From contig CAYORX010000008.1 of NCBI GenBank assembly GCA_964406505.1, forward strand, positions 859 through 64,858: 64,000 nt of DNA. Reading direction: 5' to 3'. This document shows positions 54,177 to 63,719 of the stretch, one piece after another (the first letter of the stretch is position 1; every line of letters starts with the position of its first letter). The position numbers and the translations under genes are program-made. Origin of the DNA: an uncultured Eubacteriales bacterium (GTDB lineage Bacteria; Bacillota; Sulfobacillia; Fermentithermobacillales; Fermentithermobacillaceae). Below the pieces are notes generated by a model. It saw only the letters and a program-made list of their open reading frames with translations, made no database searches and was not told where the DNA came from.

Positions 54177-55820
54177 TTAATATCGGTTAAACTTTTGTTC
54201 AATTTGGGCTCGAGCCCTAGGCAAGTTATCGGCAATATCGCCAGCTAACAATCCATAAGATCCTTTGCGCTCAAACGCAATTTCTCCTGCAATTCCATGC
54301 CAAAAAACACCTAGCCAAGAGCTTGCGTAAGTAGAAAGTCCTTGGGCGACGAGAGCTGCAATAACTCCAGTAAGAACATCACCCGAACCTGCTGTAGCCA
54401 TGCCAGGACCGCCTGACGTGTTTATACATAATCGACCTTGAGGACTCGCCGTGCAAGTTCCGGCCCCTTTTAAACATACAATACTATTTGATAAGCGTGC
54501 CACCTCTTTAGCATAACCCGGCCTGTCTTTTTCCAGTTCCTTTGTACTGACGCCAGTAAGCATTGACATTTCGCCCGGGTGGGGCGTTAGAATAAAGTTT
54601 CCCTTTATATCCGCAAGATATGACAGGCCTCCAAGCTGCTTCAACGCGAAAAACGCGTCAGCATCTACTATAAACGCTTTTTTCGACGCAAAAGACAAGA
54701 TCTCCTTCAAAAACTGTGTTTGAAAATATCCCCTGCCCCAACCTGGGCCAATCACTACCGAATTCGCTTTTTCAATATGACGTTCAATCAAACTAATACA
54801 TTCCGGTTTGGGATAAAACATCCCTGCAGAACCATAAGGGATCACCATTATTTCTGGCAAAGAAGAAGCACATATATTATAAATCTCGTTTGGGCAAAAC
54901 AAAGTAACCGTGCCAGCACCGGCTCTCAAAGCGCTTTTCGCAGCCAAAACCGCAGCACCGGACATACCGACCGAACCTGCAATCACAACCACATGCCCGG
55001 CATGCCCTTTATGATAATCGGCCTTTCTCTTAGGCAAAAGACTTGCCGCTTGTTCAATCGATGAGATTTGTGCGAAAACTTCTTTTATGTGCGCCGATCG
55101 GTTATCATTGGTACTTTTACAGCAATATTCCTCCATCAACTTAGGAGGAAATGCGAGATGTTCAACAAAAATCTTTCCAGAATACATCCGCCCCGGATAA
55201 CTAAACAAACCCACTTTGGCAAAACCCATAGTAACTGTAAGATCTGCGCGAATGCATACGGAATGGGCATATCCCGTATCTGCCGAAACTCCTGAGGGAA
55301 CGTCGCAAGCTACCAATAAAGCTTTTTGGGAATTTGCCCACCTAATCGCAACGTCAATGGGAAATCGTGGGCTCCCTTTTGCTCCTATTCCCAACAAAGC
55401 ATCGATTATTAAATCGGGATTCCCTAGATGCTCGGTAACTTCGTGGGGTTCCATGAATTCGCAACAATATATATTCACAGGATAACGTTTAAGCATATTC
55501 CAATTGATAGATGCAGCGTTACGCAGCTGGGATTTGCGACCGAAAAACCCAACTTTCACGCGATAACCTTTTGACGCTAAATGCCGAGCAGCGCAAAAAC
55601 CGTCGCCACCATTTTGCCCCGGACCTGCCAAAACCGCAATAGTACCGCATTTTGAATTGTAAGATGAATGCGGTATTTTGCGCATCTGACCGCTTAATAG
55701 CTTTTCGCATTGTTCAGCGAGTGCCCTTCCGGCATTTTCCATAAGGATCAAGTTAGATATATCCATGTCTTGAGCTAAAGCATCTAGTCGCAGCATTTGG
55801 GCACCTGACACAATAAACAT
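54177..55820 (-). CDS. nnr: Bifunctional NAD(P)H-hydrate repair enzyme (epimerase/ADP-dependent dehydratase)
   Basis: The YjeF_N motif GPGQNGGDG is present. The C-terminal carbohydrate-kinase motifs are KGHAGHVVVIAGS and GSGDVLTG. Confidence 0.88.
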   Translation of the reverse strand: MFIVSGAQMLRLDALAQDMDISNLILMENAGRALAEQCEKLLSGQMRKIPHSSYNSKCGTIAVLAGPGQNGGDGFCAARHLASKGYRVKVGFFGRKSQLRNAASINWNMLKRYPVNIYCCEFMEPHEVTEHLGNPDLIIDALLGIGAKGSPRFPIDVAIRWANSQKALLVACDVPSGVSADTGYAHSVCIRADLTVTMGFAKVGLFSYPGRMYSGKIFVEHLAFPPKLMEEYCCKSTNDNRSAHIKEVFAQISSIEQAASLLPKRKADYHKGHAGHVVVIAGSVGMSGAAVLAAKSALRAGAGTVTLFCPNEIYNICASSLPEIMVIPYGSAGMFYPKPECISLIERHIEKANSVVIGPGWGRGYFQTQFLKEILSFASKKAFIVDADAFFALKQLGGLSYLADIKGNFILTPHPGEMSMLTGVSTKELEKDRPGYAKEVARLSNSIVCLKGAGTCTASPQGRLCINTSGGPGMATAGSGDVLTGVIAALVAQGLSTYASSWLGVFWHGIAGEIAFERKGSYGLLAGDIADNLPRARAQIEQKFNRY

Positions 55821-55865
55821 TGAACTTCCCCCTGATCTACGGCTTAATTTCCCCTTAAAATCCGA

Positions 55866-56315
55866 TTAACTTTCAATGTCACGGCAACCAACTCTAAAAG
55901 GTCTCGGAATTCCAATAGCTACGGCGGCCGCCATCTGTTCATGATGAGTTATTGAAACTTCTATACCATGCAAATTATGGGAATTCATGAGTTTTAGAGC
56001 CTTCCCTGCAAGTTTAACATAGGGACGTCTTGAGTCGTCATGTAGTATTTCAATATCAGTCCACGAAACATAAGGCCATCCATCACCTAGCACCTTCATC
56101 ACAGCTTCTTTAACTGCAATGCGTCCGGCCATTCGTTCTAATCGACGAGATTCTGTTGAGCTATTAAGGCAATATGCTGCTTCGTTATCAGTAAAAAATC
56201 TCTTGATAAATAATGAGGATCTTCTTTCATAAATTTGAGCTATTTTAGAAACAAACACTAAATCTAAACCTATCTTAAAACCTCCCGGCACGTTCACATC
56301 AATCACACCCTTCAT
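55866..56315 (-). CDS. acpS: Holo-[acyl-carrier-protein] synthase
   Basis: The motifs are KIGLDLVFVSKI, FTDNE and AGRIAVKEAVMK. The start is uncertain: I take the ATG at 56315, the ORF track gives 56348. Confidence 0.8.
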   Translation of the reverse strand: MKGVIDVNVPGGFKIGLDLVFVSKIAQIYERRSSLFIKRFFTDNEAAYCLNSSTESRRLERMAGRIAVKEAVMKVLGDGWPYVSWTDIEILHDDSRRPYVKLAGKALKLMNSHNLHGIEVSITHHEQMAAAVAIGIPRPFRVGCRDIES

Positions 56316-56831
56316 ACACATTCCAATCAATATAAGGAACTTTGTCAATAAACTTGCAATTTATCTTGTGGGGGAAGTTAGCAAGAATTTACGTGTATAT
56401 GGCGAACAATTTTGAACCCGTGCACCGGCCCCTGCGTACCGTGGTATTTTGGGATTAATAATATTCCTTTCGGTCATAAATGGTTATCGCCAAAAGCATC
56501 GATGAAAAGCCGCTTCAACATGCCTATAAACGACCTAGTATATCGCCCGACGCTTCTTATGGCTAAATAATCTCTGTCGTAACCCAAAAAAGAAGCGCCC
56601 TTGAGAAACTATGGACACATTTACAATTTGAATTTGAAAATTCCACACAGAAAATTTTCGAGCACAGCCCTGTCAAACTTAAGCAAAAACTCACGCAATA
56701 TACTGATGCTCAGACAAGCAAGGCTTGGCGTACATGGAGGGAATTATTCGAACAACTGATGAACTCATAATCAAAAGATTCAAACAGAACACTTCTAAAT
56801 AAAATTCTTAAAAAAGGGAAAGGGATCTGAT

Positions 56832-58166
56832 TTATTGAATACTCGCTTGTTCTCGAATAACTGATTTTAGATAGTGTATACATTGCTCTAACAACATCTC
56901 ATCATTCGATTCAACCATTATCCTTACCACCGGTTCTGTGCCTGAAGGGCGTACTAAAACCCTTCCTTTACCAGCAAGATGAGCCGATACACTTTCAACT
57001 GCCCGCTGTACTTTAACTGACTCGACAACCTGCCTGGGGTATTCAGATTTTATATTCACCAATAATTGGGGAATTTGAGGAACAACAGCAGCCAATTCTG
57101 ATAAGGTGCGGTTAGAACGAGCTAGAATGCTTGCAAAAAGCAAAGATGTAAGTATGCCGTCACCTGACGGTAAAATATCTCGAAAAATAATATGACCTGA
57201 TTGTTCACCGCCGAGCGCATAGCCGCCGCGATCCATCTCTTGAAGAACAAAACGATCCCCGACTGAAGTTCTTAGCAACGTAATATCTTGGGATAAAAGA
57301 TATTGTTCTAATCCAAGGTTCGCCATTACCGTACCCACAACTGTATTTTTTGTAAGCTTGTCAAATCGTGCCATATCAGAAGCCATTAAAGCTAATATAT
57401 GGTCACCGCTCACTACGTTACCTTTTTCGTCTACCGCGATGCATCTATCCCCATCACCATCGTATGCAAATCCCACATCATAATCGCCGTTAACTACCTC
57501 ACGGGCTAGAAATGACGGATAAGTTGAACCACAATTACGATTAATGTTTTTACCGTCAGGACTACAATTGATAAACGATACGTTTGCGTTAGATGTTTCC
57601 CAAGCACCTATAGCTAACTTAGCAGCAGAACCATTGGCAGCATCAATTAATACCTTTCTCCCGGGCATATTAATTTGAGGTAAGCTAGACAAAAACCGAA
57701 CGTAACTTTGAACCATGTATCTGCCGTCAATCACTTGCCCCGCCCTGCAAGCATGGGGCAAATGCTCATCTTTTATTTCGCCTCGTATCATCTTAGAAAA
57801 TTCCAATTCCGTTCGTTCGGAAATCTTTCGACCATAACGATCAAATACTTTAAGCCCATTGTATTCGAAAGAATTGTGTGACGCTGAAATCATGACGCCC
57901 CCGCCTAAGTTAAACCGATTCACTAAAAACGAAAGCCCCGGAGTGGTTATCACTCCCAAACGCACTGCATTTACACCGCCGGATATAATTCCTTGGATTA
58001 AAGACTCCTCTAAAGTGTCACCCGACGCTCTAGTGTCTTTTCCGACACAAATCTGCTTATTCGACGGGCAAAATGTAGCTACTGCCCTACCTAACTTAAA
58101 AGCAATTTCACATGTTAAGTCTTTATTTGCCAAACCGCGAATTCCATCGGTTCCGAACAAATTCAT
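56832..58166 (-). CDS. glmM: Phosphoglucosamine mutase
   Basis: The motifs are LFGTDGIRG, the phosphoserine loop SASHNSFEYNGLK, and DGDGDR. AGGAG lies 7 nt before the ATG at 58166. Confidence 0.93.
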   Translation of the reverse strand: MNLFGTDGIRGLANKDLTCEIAFKLGRAVATFCPSNKQICVGKDTRASGDTLEESLIQGIISGGVNAVRLGVITTPGLSFLVNRFNLGGGVMISASHNSFEYNGLKVFDRYGRKISERTELEFSKMIRGEIKDEHLPHACRAGQVIDGRYMVQSYVRFLSSLPQINMPGRKVLIDAANGSAAKLAIGAWETSNANVSFINCSPDGKNINRNCGSTYPSFLAREVVNGDYDVGFAYDGDGDRCIAVDEKGNVVSGDHILALMASDMARFDKLTKNTVVGTVMANLGLEQYLLSQDITLLRTSVGDRFVLQEMDRGGYALGGEQSGHIIFRDILPSGDGILTSLLFASILARSNRTLSELAAVVPQIPQLLVNIKSEYPRQVVESVKVQRAVESVSAHLAGKGRVLVRPSGTEPVVRIMVESNDEMLLEQCIHYLKSVIREQASIQ

Positions 58167-58215
58167 CCCCATGCTCCTTTGGTTCTCCATACGCTTTCAT
58201 GGTTATGACCGACCG

Positions 58216-59445
58216 TCACCGCGTGGTTAAGGTCAATTTAACGCGTGGCGGTTTAATGTTTGCCTGAAGCGTATTTTTGTCGACTTCTTTAGGAGTTTTA
58301 ATTTCGTAAGCCACAACTAGATCAGTAGTGCCCTCAGTTCTGCCCTGAGCATCGATATATACTACTATGTCGTCTTTTTCGATTTTCTCTAAAATATCAC
58401 TTCGGCCTGTAAGATCTACATCAACCATAGTCGGCTTTATGTTCCATTCATAACCTACTGGAGGAAATTCTAGCTGAACGATCACATCTTCATACGTCTT
58501 AGTTTGAATATCTTCAACGATCTCGACCGTAGTTAAGACGCGTCCATCTTGTACAAGAATTTCATCCGTGAGATCAAGAATAGCTTGATGCAAAAAAGTG
58601 CTGTCCTTACCGCTTACGTCTATAGGTTTTGTAGATATATGCTCTAATGAATCAAGTAATTCCTGTTCAGCCCTAATTTTAATTTGTGCCGGGTTCACTT
58701 TCACGGGGCCGACAGCGAAGCCTGGCGCGGGAGTACCGGTAATCACAGCTTGTACAGGTACGAGTTTTGAAGGTGGCAAAGAGATAAGCGGTATGCTAAC
58801 TTCTATTTCCTTCGGTTCCAGATCAACACCAAAAACTTCGTCTCCCACAGAATCTCTGGCCGATAGCGTAGTCATTACATTTTTCGTTTGTGCGGCTCCA
58901 GCGATATCTACGTAACCTTGTACATACTTAACCTTATCTACCAATCTTTTAGGCCCTGTTACCCGTACGGAACCTGTAAGTGGTACCAACTCGCCTACCT
59001 CAAAATCTTCGTGGGGCTCACCTTGGACCTGTACATCCACACCAACTTTTGCAGCAGAAAACACATCTATTTCTACATTTACTTCCGTGGGGCTTATCTC
59101 AACAACTTTTGCACCATAAGGAATATCCACAGATAATCCAACAGGATAGACTCCTTCTTTGACTTCTGAAAAACGAGCTATCGCCTTTAGATTTTCTTTG
59201 TCGATTTCATCTAAAGTTCTAGCCCTGCCTTCCACAGCCACGTTAACCCTAGCTGGATCTACAGAGACAATAATAATTTCATTTTCCACGCCTTCAGGAA
59301 ACACTTGCGCGGAAAAAACCCGTCTTTCTAAAGGGTTTTTATCATTGAATACCTGCACCCAAACAATTAAAGCCAAAATCAAGGCTACAATTTTGGGAGC
59401 ATAATCTTTGATTAATGCCTTACGAATCATTTTTTGGGCCTCCAA
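58216..59445 (-). CDS. cdaR: YbbR-domain protein (CdaA regulator)
   Basis: An N-terminal TM segment is followed by four repeated beta-rich YbbR-like units. The gene lies between cdaA and glmM. Confidence 0.8.
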   Translation of the reverse strand: MEAQKMIRKALIKDYAPKIVALILALIVWVQVFNDKNPLERRVFSAQVFPEGVENEIIIVSVDPARVNVAVEGRARTLDEIDKENLKAIARFSEVKEGVYPVGLSVDIPYGAKVVEISPTEVNVEIDVFSAAKVGVDVQVQGEPHEDFEVGELVPLTGSVRVTGPKRLVDKVKYVQGYVDIAGAAQTKNVMTTLSARDSVGDEVFGVDLEPKEIEVSIPLISLPPSKLVPVQAVITGTPAPGFAVGPVKVNPAQIKIRAEQELLDSLEHISTKPIDVSGKDSTFLHQAILDLTDEILVQDGRVLTTVEIVEDIQTKTYEDVIVQLEFPPVGYEWNIKPTMVDVDLTGRSDILEKIEKDDIVVYIDAQGRTEGTTDLVVAYEIKTPKEVDKNTLQANIKPPRVKLTLTTR

Positions 59446-60320
59446 CCGGGAAACTGGGTAATCTGCTGTGGAACAAACGACTCTAAAAGTTTTTCTTTTA
59501 GGGTTTTAGCATCAAGCCCTCTTATCAGCCTTCCGCCTGATGCAAGTGAAACAGTACCTGTTTCTTCAGAGACCACTATTGCCAATGAATCTGATACTTG
59601 AGTAATACCCAAGGCTGCCCTATGCCGTGAACCCAATTCTACCGTTACAGAATCTTGAGTAGAGGGCAAAAAACTTGCAGCAACTGCAATTCTATCCTCT
59701 CGAATAATAACAGCGCCATCATGAAGCGGACTGCCAAACAAAAAAATATTCTCAAGAAGTTCACTTGTTACGAGGCCGTCGATCCGAACAGCATCTTCCA
59801 TATATTCACCAAGCCCAACGGTTTTTTCAAGCACAATGAGCGCACCCGTTTTAGCATGAGAAAGATGAAAACAAGCATTAACCAACTCGTCTACGATTCT
59901 AACCATGTCCTCTTCCTCAAATCCAAGCATAGTTTTTGTAAAAAACTTGCCGCGTCCTATTTGTTCAAGTCCTCTTCGTAATTCAGGTTGAAATACTATA
60001 GGCAAAGCTACAAGTAACATTGTTCTAGCTTGAACCAATATCCAATTGACTGTGTAAAGCCGGGCCCATTGGGTTAACGAAACAAGAACAAATAAAAAGG
60101 CTACCCCTTTTAGGAGTTGAACAGCCCTAGTGCCTCGAATAAGCGTGAATAATTTATAAAAAATATACGCGACCACAGCGATATCTACTATGGCTAGAAA
60201 CATGTCTTGCCATGTAAAAAAACGAAGCTGTTCTAACAAACGACTGTCCACGCCCTTTCCATACGTATAGGATATCATTCGACTACAGGTTGCGGAACCC
60301 TTTTTTCTCGATACATCCAA
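59427..60320 (-). CDS. cdaA: Diadenylate cyclase (DisA_N/DAC domain, membrane anchored)
   Basis: Three N-terminal TM helices are followed by GALIVLE, HDGAVII and GSRHRAALG. The exact start is uncertain. Confidence 0.88.
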   Translation of the reverse strand: MDVSRKKGSATCSRMISYTYGKGVDSRLLEQLRFFTWQDMFLAIVDIAVVAYIFYKLFTLIRGTRAVQLLKGVAFLFVLVSLTQWARLYTVNWILVQARTMLLVALPIVFQPELRRGLEQIGRGKFFTKTMLGFEEEDMVRIVDELVNACFHLSHAKTGALIVLEKTVGLGEYMEDAVRIDGLVTSELLENIFLFGSPLHDGAVIIREDRIAVAASFLPSTQDSVTVELGSRHRAALGITQVSDSLAIVVSEETGTVSLASGGRLIRGLDAKTLKEKLLESFVPQQITQFPGWRPKK

Positions 60321-60424
60321 TAAATGTTTAACATGTTTAGTTAATTTCGTCAGCCTAAACTGCTTGATCTCAAGATATATTGTATATTATTAATACCACT
60401 GCCCCAACGAAGGAGATGATAATA

Positions 60425-60985
60425 GTGACCATCTATTATGACAGTACCGGAAAAACACATACAGGAAAGACTGCACAGTTAGCGCTAAAACGCGCCAAAG
60501 AATTAAACATTGAACATATAGTAGTAGCTTCGAATACTGGGTACACAGCCGGTTTTTTTACGCAAAGCGATTTGAATATAGTATGCGTAACGCATCATGT
60601 AGGCTTTCGAGAACCAGGTACCGATGAGATGACTGCTGAAACCAGAAAAAAACTAAAAATGCAAGATTTTAAAATCTTGACTACAACGCACCTTCTGGGT
60701 AATGTTGAACGAGCTGTAACCGGCCAATTCGGTGGTTTATATCCTGGCGGATTAATCTCCCAAACGCTAAGAATGCTATCGCAGGGTGTCAAGGTAGCTG
60801 TAGAAATTGCAGTCATGGCCCTAGATGCGGGTTTGATTCCATACGGAGAACCCGTGATCGCTGTAGGGGGCACAGGACGTGGTGCAGATACAGCTCTAGT
60901 AATAAAACCTTCTCACGCCAAATCTATATTTGATACGCAAATTTTAGAAATAATTTGCAAACCAAGGAAGACTACGGACACTTAA
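60425..60985 (+). CDS. Stand-alone pyruvate-kinase C-terminal (alpha/beta) domain-like protein
   Basis: The motifs are IVVASNTGYTA, VCVTHHVGF and VIAVGGTGRGADTALVIKP. A GTG at 60425 sits 9 nt after AGGAG. The ORF-track start is 60380. Confidence 0.55.
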   Translation: MTIYYDSTGKTHTGKTAQLALKRAKELNIEHIVVASNTGYTAGFFTQSDLNIVCVTHHVGFREPGTDEMTAETRKKLKMQDFKILTTTHLLGNVERAVTGQFGGLYPGGLISQTLRMLSQGVKVAVEIAVMALDAGLIPYGEPVIAVGGTGRGADTALVIKPSHAKSIFDTQILEIICKPRKTTDT

Positions 60986-61002
60986 AGCAGGAGGCAGTAA
61001 AA

Positions 61003-61803
61003 ATGATAGACTTATCTGAACTTGCCGGATTTCCCTTAACCTTGAGCGATGATGGCGATTTGAAATTCGGGCCGGGCGTTGTTGCTCCTTCTTTCCATAT
61101 CACAAAACCAAGTAATATGTCTGATGTGTTGCTTTATCCTGAGCAAAAAGGGCCAGAAATTTTATACAAAACGTATAAATCAACTGGACTTGAGTCTGAC
61201 AAAATAGCGATGATGAACGAGGGGCTGCAGTACAACATTGCAGTGATTTACCCAGGTACGATAGGTTCAGAATATGTAAAAACCTTTGGGCATTATCATT
61301 CGATGGCACCTGGCCGACTGTATTCGTACCCTGCAATATATCAAGTGATGCACGGAACCGCTCATTTTTTGATGCAAAAAGGCGGGGTTCTAACCGGTGA
61401 AGTAGAAAATTTTGTAATAGCTGATTTCCAAAAAGGAGATATATTGCTGATTCCACCGTTTTACGGACACGCAATTGTCAATCCAGGCTCGAAACCTTTA
61501 GCGATATCAAGTTGGGTTGCTAAAAATTCCAACCCCATTTACGATGCGATTCGAGCGCGCAAAGGAATAGCATATTACAATGTTAAACATAAGGATCAAA
61601 GCATTTTCATGCCTAACGATCGTTACGTGGGGCATCCGAAACCTGAATTGCAAAATTCTAAAGGCGTTCCCGAATTTGGATTATATAAATTAAAAAGCAT
61701 TTACACATCTTGGCAAGAAAGCGCGGATCTGAACTTTTTAGTTAACCCAAATATATATGCGAAGTTTTGGAAATCCATGGGCATCGCTTCGGCACAGGAT
61801 TAA
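61003..61803 (+). CDS. Cupin-type glucose-6-phosphate isomerase family protein
   Basis: The cupin metal motifs are TFGHYHS and PPFYGHAIVNPG. AGGAGG lies 8 nt before the ATG at 61003. Confidence 0.6.
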   Translation: MIDLSELAGFPLTLSDDGDLKFGPGVVAPSFHITKPSNMSDVLLYPEQKGPEILYKTYKSTGLESDKIAMMNEGLQYNIAVIYPGTIGSEYVKTFGHYHSMAPGRLYSYPAIYQVMHGTAHFLMQKGGVLTGEVENFVIADFQKGDILLIPPFYGHAIVNPGSKPLAISSWVAKNSNPIYDAIRARKGIAYYNVKHKDQSIFMPNDRYVGHPKPELQNSKGVPEFGLYKLKSIYTSWQESADLNFLVNPNIYAKFWKSMGIASAQD

Positions 61804-61833
61804 TCAAAAAATCAATTTTTTAGAATTGAGGTT

Positions 61834-62712
61834 ATGTATTTGGAACCTAGTGCTAACTTGATTATAATTACTGGATTCTCGGGTGCCGGTAAATCACATG
61901 CACTTAAAACCTTGGAAGATCTAGACTATTTTTGCGTAGACAACCTTCCACCTTCTCTGATCCCAAAATTTATGAAACTTTGCGACCAGGCCATAGAACC
62001 GCGGGAAAAGATAGCTTTAGTTGTCGATATTCGCGGCGGAGAGTTTTTTCAGGATCTTGATGACACCATGTTATACGTGAAAAGTTCCGGAATAAACCCA
62101 CTTGTGCTGTTTCTTGAAGCAGATGACGATACTTTGATCCAGCGCTACAAGCTTACCCGTCGCAGGCATCCGCTGTCACTTAGCGGCGGTATCTTGGAAG
62201 GAATTAAAGATGAACGAAGCAAACTTGAATCTATACGTAAAGTAGCTACCAAAATCATCGATACTTCCCGATTAACGCCCAGAGATTTCAGAAAACAGCT
62301 CATTGAAATAGTTTCACGCTATGCTAAAATAAGGAAGCTTATCGTTAGCCTTGTTACATTTGGATTTAAGCACGGACTTCCTAAAGATGCAGATCTCGTG
62401 TTTGACGTTAGATTTTTGCCCAATCCATACTATGTGCCAAAATTACGTCCTCGTACTGGGCTTGACCCCAAAGTATCAAAATTCGTGCTAGATTCTGCTC
62501 TTACAAAAGAGTTTTTAAAACGATTCATTGAATTCGTTGATTTTCTATTGCCCAATTTCATTGATGAAGGTAAAACACATCTAACTATAGCTATAGGTTG
62601 TACCGGCGGACAACATAGATCTGTCACGATCGGTGAATATATGAAATCTTATTTTGAAAACAAAGAACATATAGTAACTATTGAACACAGAGACATTCAA
62701 CATGAGCAATGA
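61834..62712 (+). CDS. rapZ: RNase adapter/nucleotide-binding protein RapZ (YvcJ)
   Basis: The Walker A is GFSGAGKS, with DVRFLPNPY and CTGGQHRSV also present. Confidence 0.92.
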   Translation: MYLEPSANLIIITGFSGAGKSHALKTLEDLDYFCVDNLPPSLIPKFMKLCDQAIEPREKIALVVDIRGGEFFQDLDDTMLYVKSSGINPLVLFLEADDDTLIQRYKLTRRRHPLSLSGGILEGIKDERSKLESIRKVATKIIDTSRLTPRDFRKQLIEIVSRYAKIRKLIVSLVTFGFKHGLPKDADLVFDVRFLPNPYYVPKLRPRTGLDPKVSKFVLDSALTKEFLKRFIEFVDFLLPNFIDEGKTHLTIAIGCTGGQHRSVTIGEYMKSYFENKEHIVTIEHRDIQHEQ

Positions 62713-63713
62713 GTGTTTTAAGGAGGCTCCGCTCAATGAACCAACCGAATCGAAAAATAGTAGCTTTAGGCGGAGGTACTGGCCTAGGTGTCGTTTTGAG
62801 AGGTTTAAAAACATTCGCTTGTGAACTTACTGCAGTGGTGACAGTAACAGACGATGGAGGAAGTTCGGGACGTTTACGTGAACACATGGGAATTCTTCCC
62901 CCGGGCGATATTCGTAATTGCCTTTTAGCGCTCGCTGAAGCAGAACCCGATATGGCAGCTTTATTCAATCATAGATTTTCGAAAGGCGAACTTAAAGGGC
63001 ACAATTTCGGCAACTTGTTTTTAGCTGCAATGACCGAAATTACCGGAGATTTTCAAAAGGCAGTTAGAGCTATGTCGCGTATTTTAGCCGTCAAAGGGAA
63101 AGTGTTGCCTGCCACTTTGACTGATGTATCTCTTAAAGCAAGAATGGAAGATGGATCTGTAATTACAGGTGAGGTAGCAATATCTTCAGCCCCGGGAAAA
63201 ATTGAGAAAATCGAACTTCAACCTGCAAATCCACCTGCCTTAGACGATGCGATAGCGCAAATTCAAAGCGCGAATGGAATTATAATTGGACCCGGTAGCT
63301 TATTCACATCGATTATCCCTAATTTGTTGGTGAAGGACATAAGAAACGCTATATATGAATCCAAAGCACCAAAGCTTTACATATGCAATGTGATGACTGA
63401 ACCAGGGGAAACGGATAAATTTGCGGCTTCTGATCACGTTTTAGCGATTGAAAAACATGCGGGAACATTGTTTTCACATGTGTTAATCAATACCGCCAAA
63501 GCTCCAATGCAGGTGATAGAAAAATACGCTGTGGAAGAGAAACAAGCAGTCATACCTGATCTAGATGTACTTAAAAGTTTAGGCTATAAACCGATTTCAG
63601 GGGATTATCTCGCGAAAGGGGATTTAGCTCATCATGATCCATTCAAACTTGCTCAGTCTGTAACGAAATTTCTGAATGCGAACACCAAAACCCATAAAAC
63701 AAACGTGAGTTGA
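62709..63713 (+). CDS. yvcK: YvcK/CofD-like gluconeogenesis factor family protein
   Basis: The motifs are VALGGGTGL, VTVTDDGGSSGRLR and GPGSLFTSI. An ATGA overlap links it to rapZ. Confidence 0.9.
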   Translation: MSVLRRLRSMNQPNRKIVALGGGTGLGVVLRGLKTFACELTAVVTVTDDGGSSGRLREHMGILPPGDIRNCLLALAEAEPDMAALFNHRFSKGELKGHNFGNLFLAAMTEITGDFQKAVRAMSRILAVKGKVLPATLTDVSLKARMEDGSVITGEVAISSAPGKIEKIELQPANPPALDDAIAQIQSANGIIIGPGSLFTSIIPNLLVKDIRNAIYESKAPKLYICNVMTEPGETDKFAASDHVLAIEKHAGTLFSHVLINTAKAPMQVIEKYAVEEKQAVIPDLDVLKSLGYKPISGDYLAKGDLAHHDPFKLAQSVTKFLNANTKTHKTNVS

Positions 63714-63719
63714 ACTGAG

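Noticed and set aside
56349-56831. Possible glmS ribozyme, c-di-AMP (ydaO-type) riboswitch, tmRNA, RNase P or SRP RNA in the glmM-acpS gap
   Set aside because: I looked on both strands for the conserved cores and did not see them. These were the glmS AGCGCCAGAACU...GGCGC P1 and GACGAGGA-type core, a tmRNA GGGG...acceptor or T-arm GGTTCGAAT, and the RNase P GAGGAAAGTCC. Only an isolated AGCGCC is present. A covariance-model scan is still needed.
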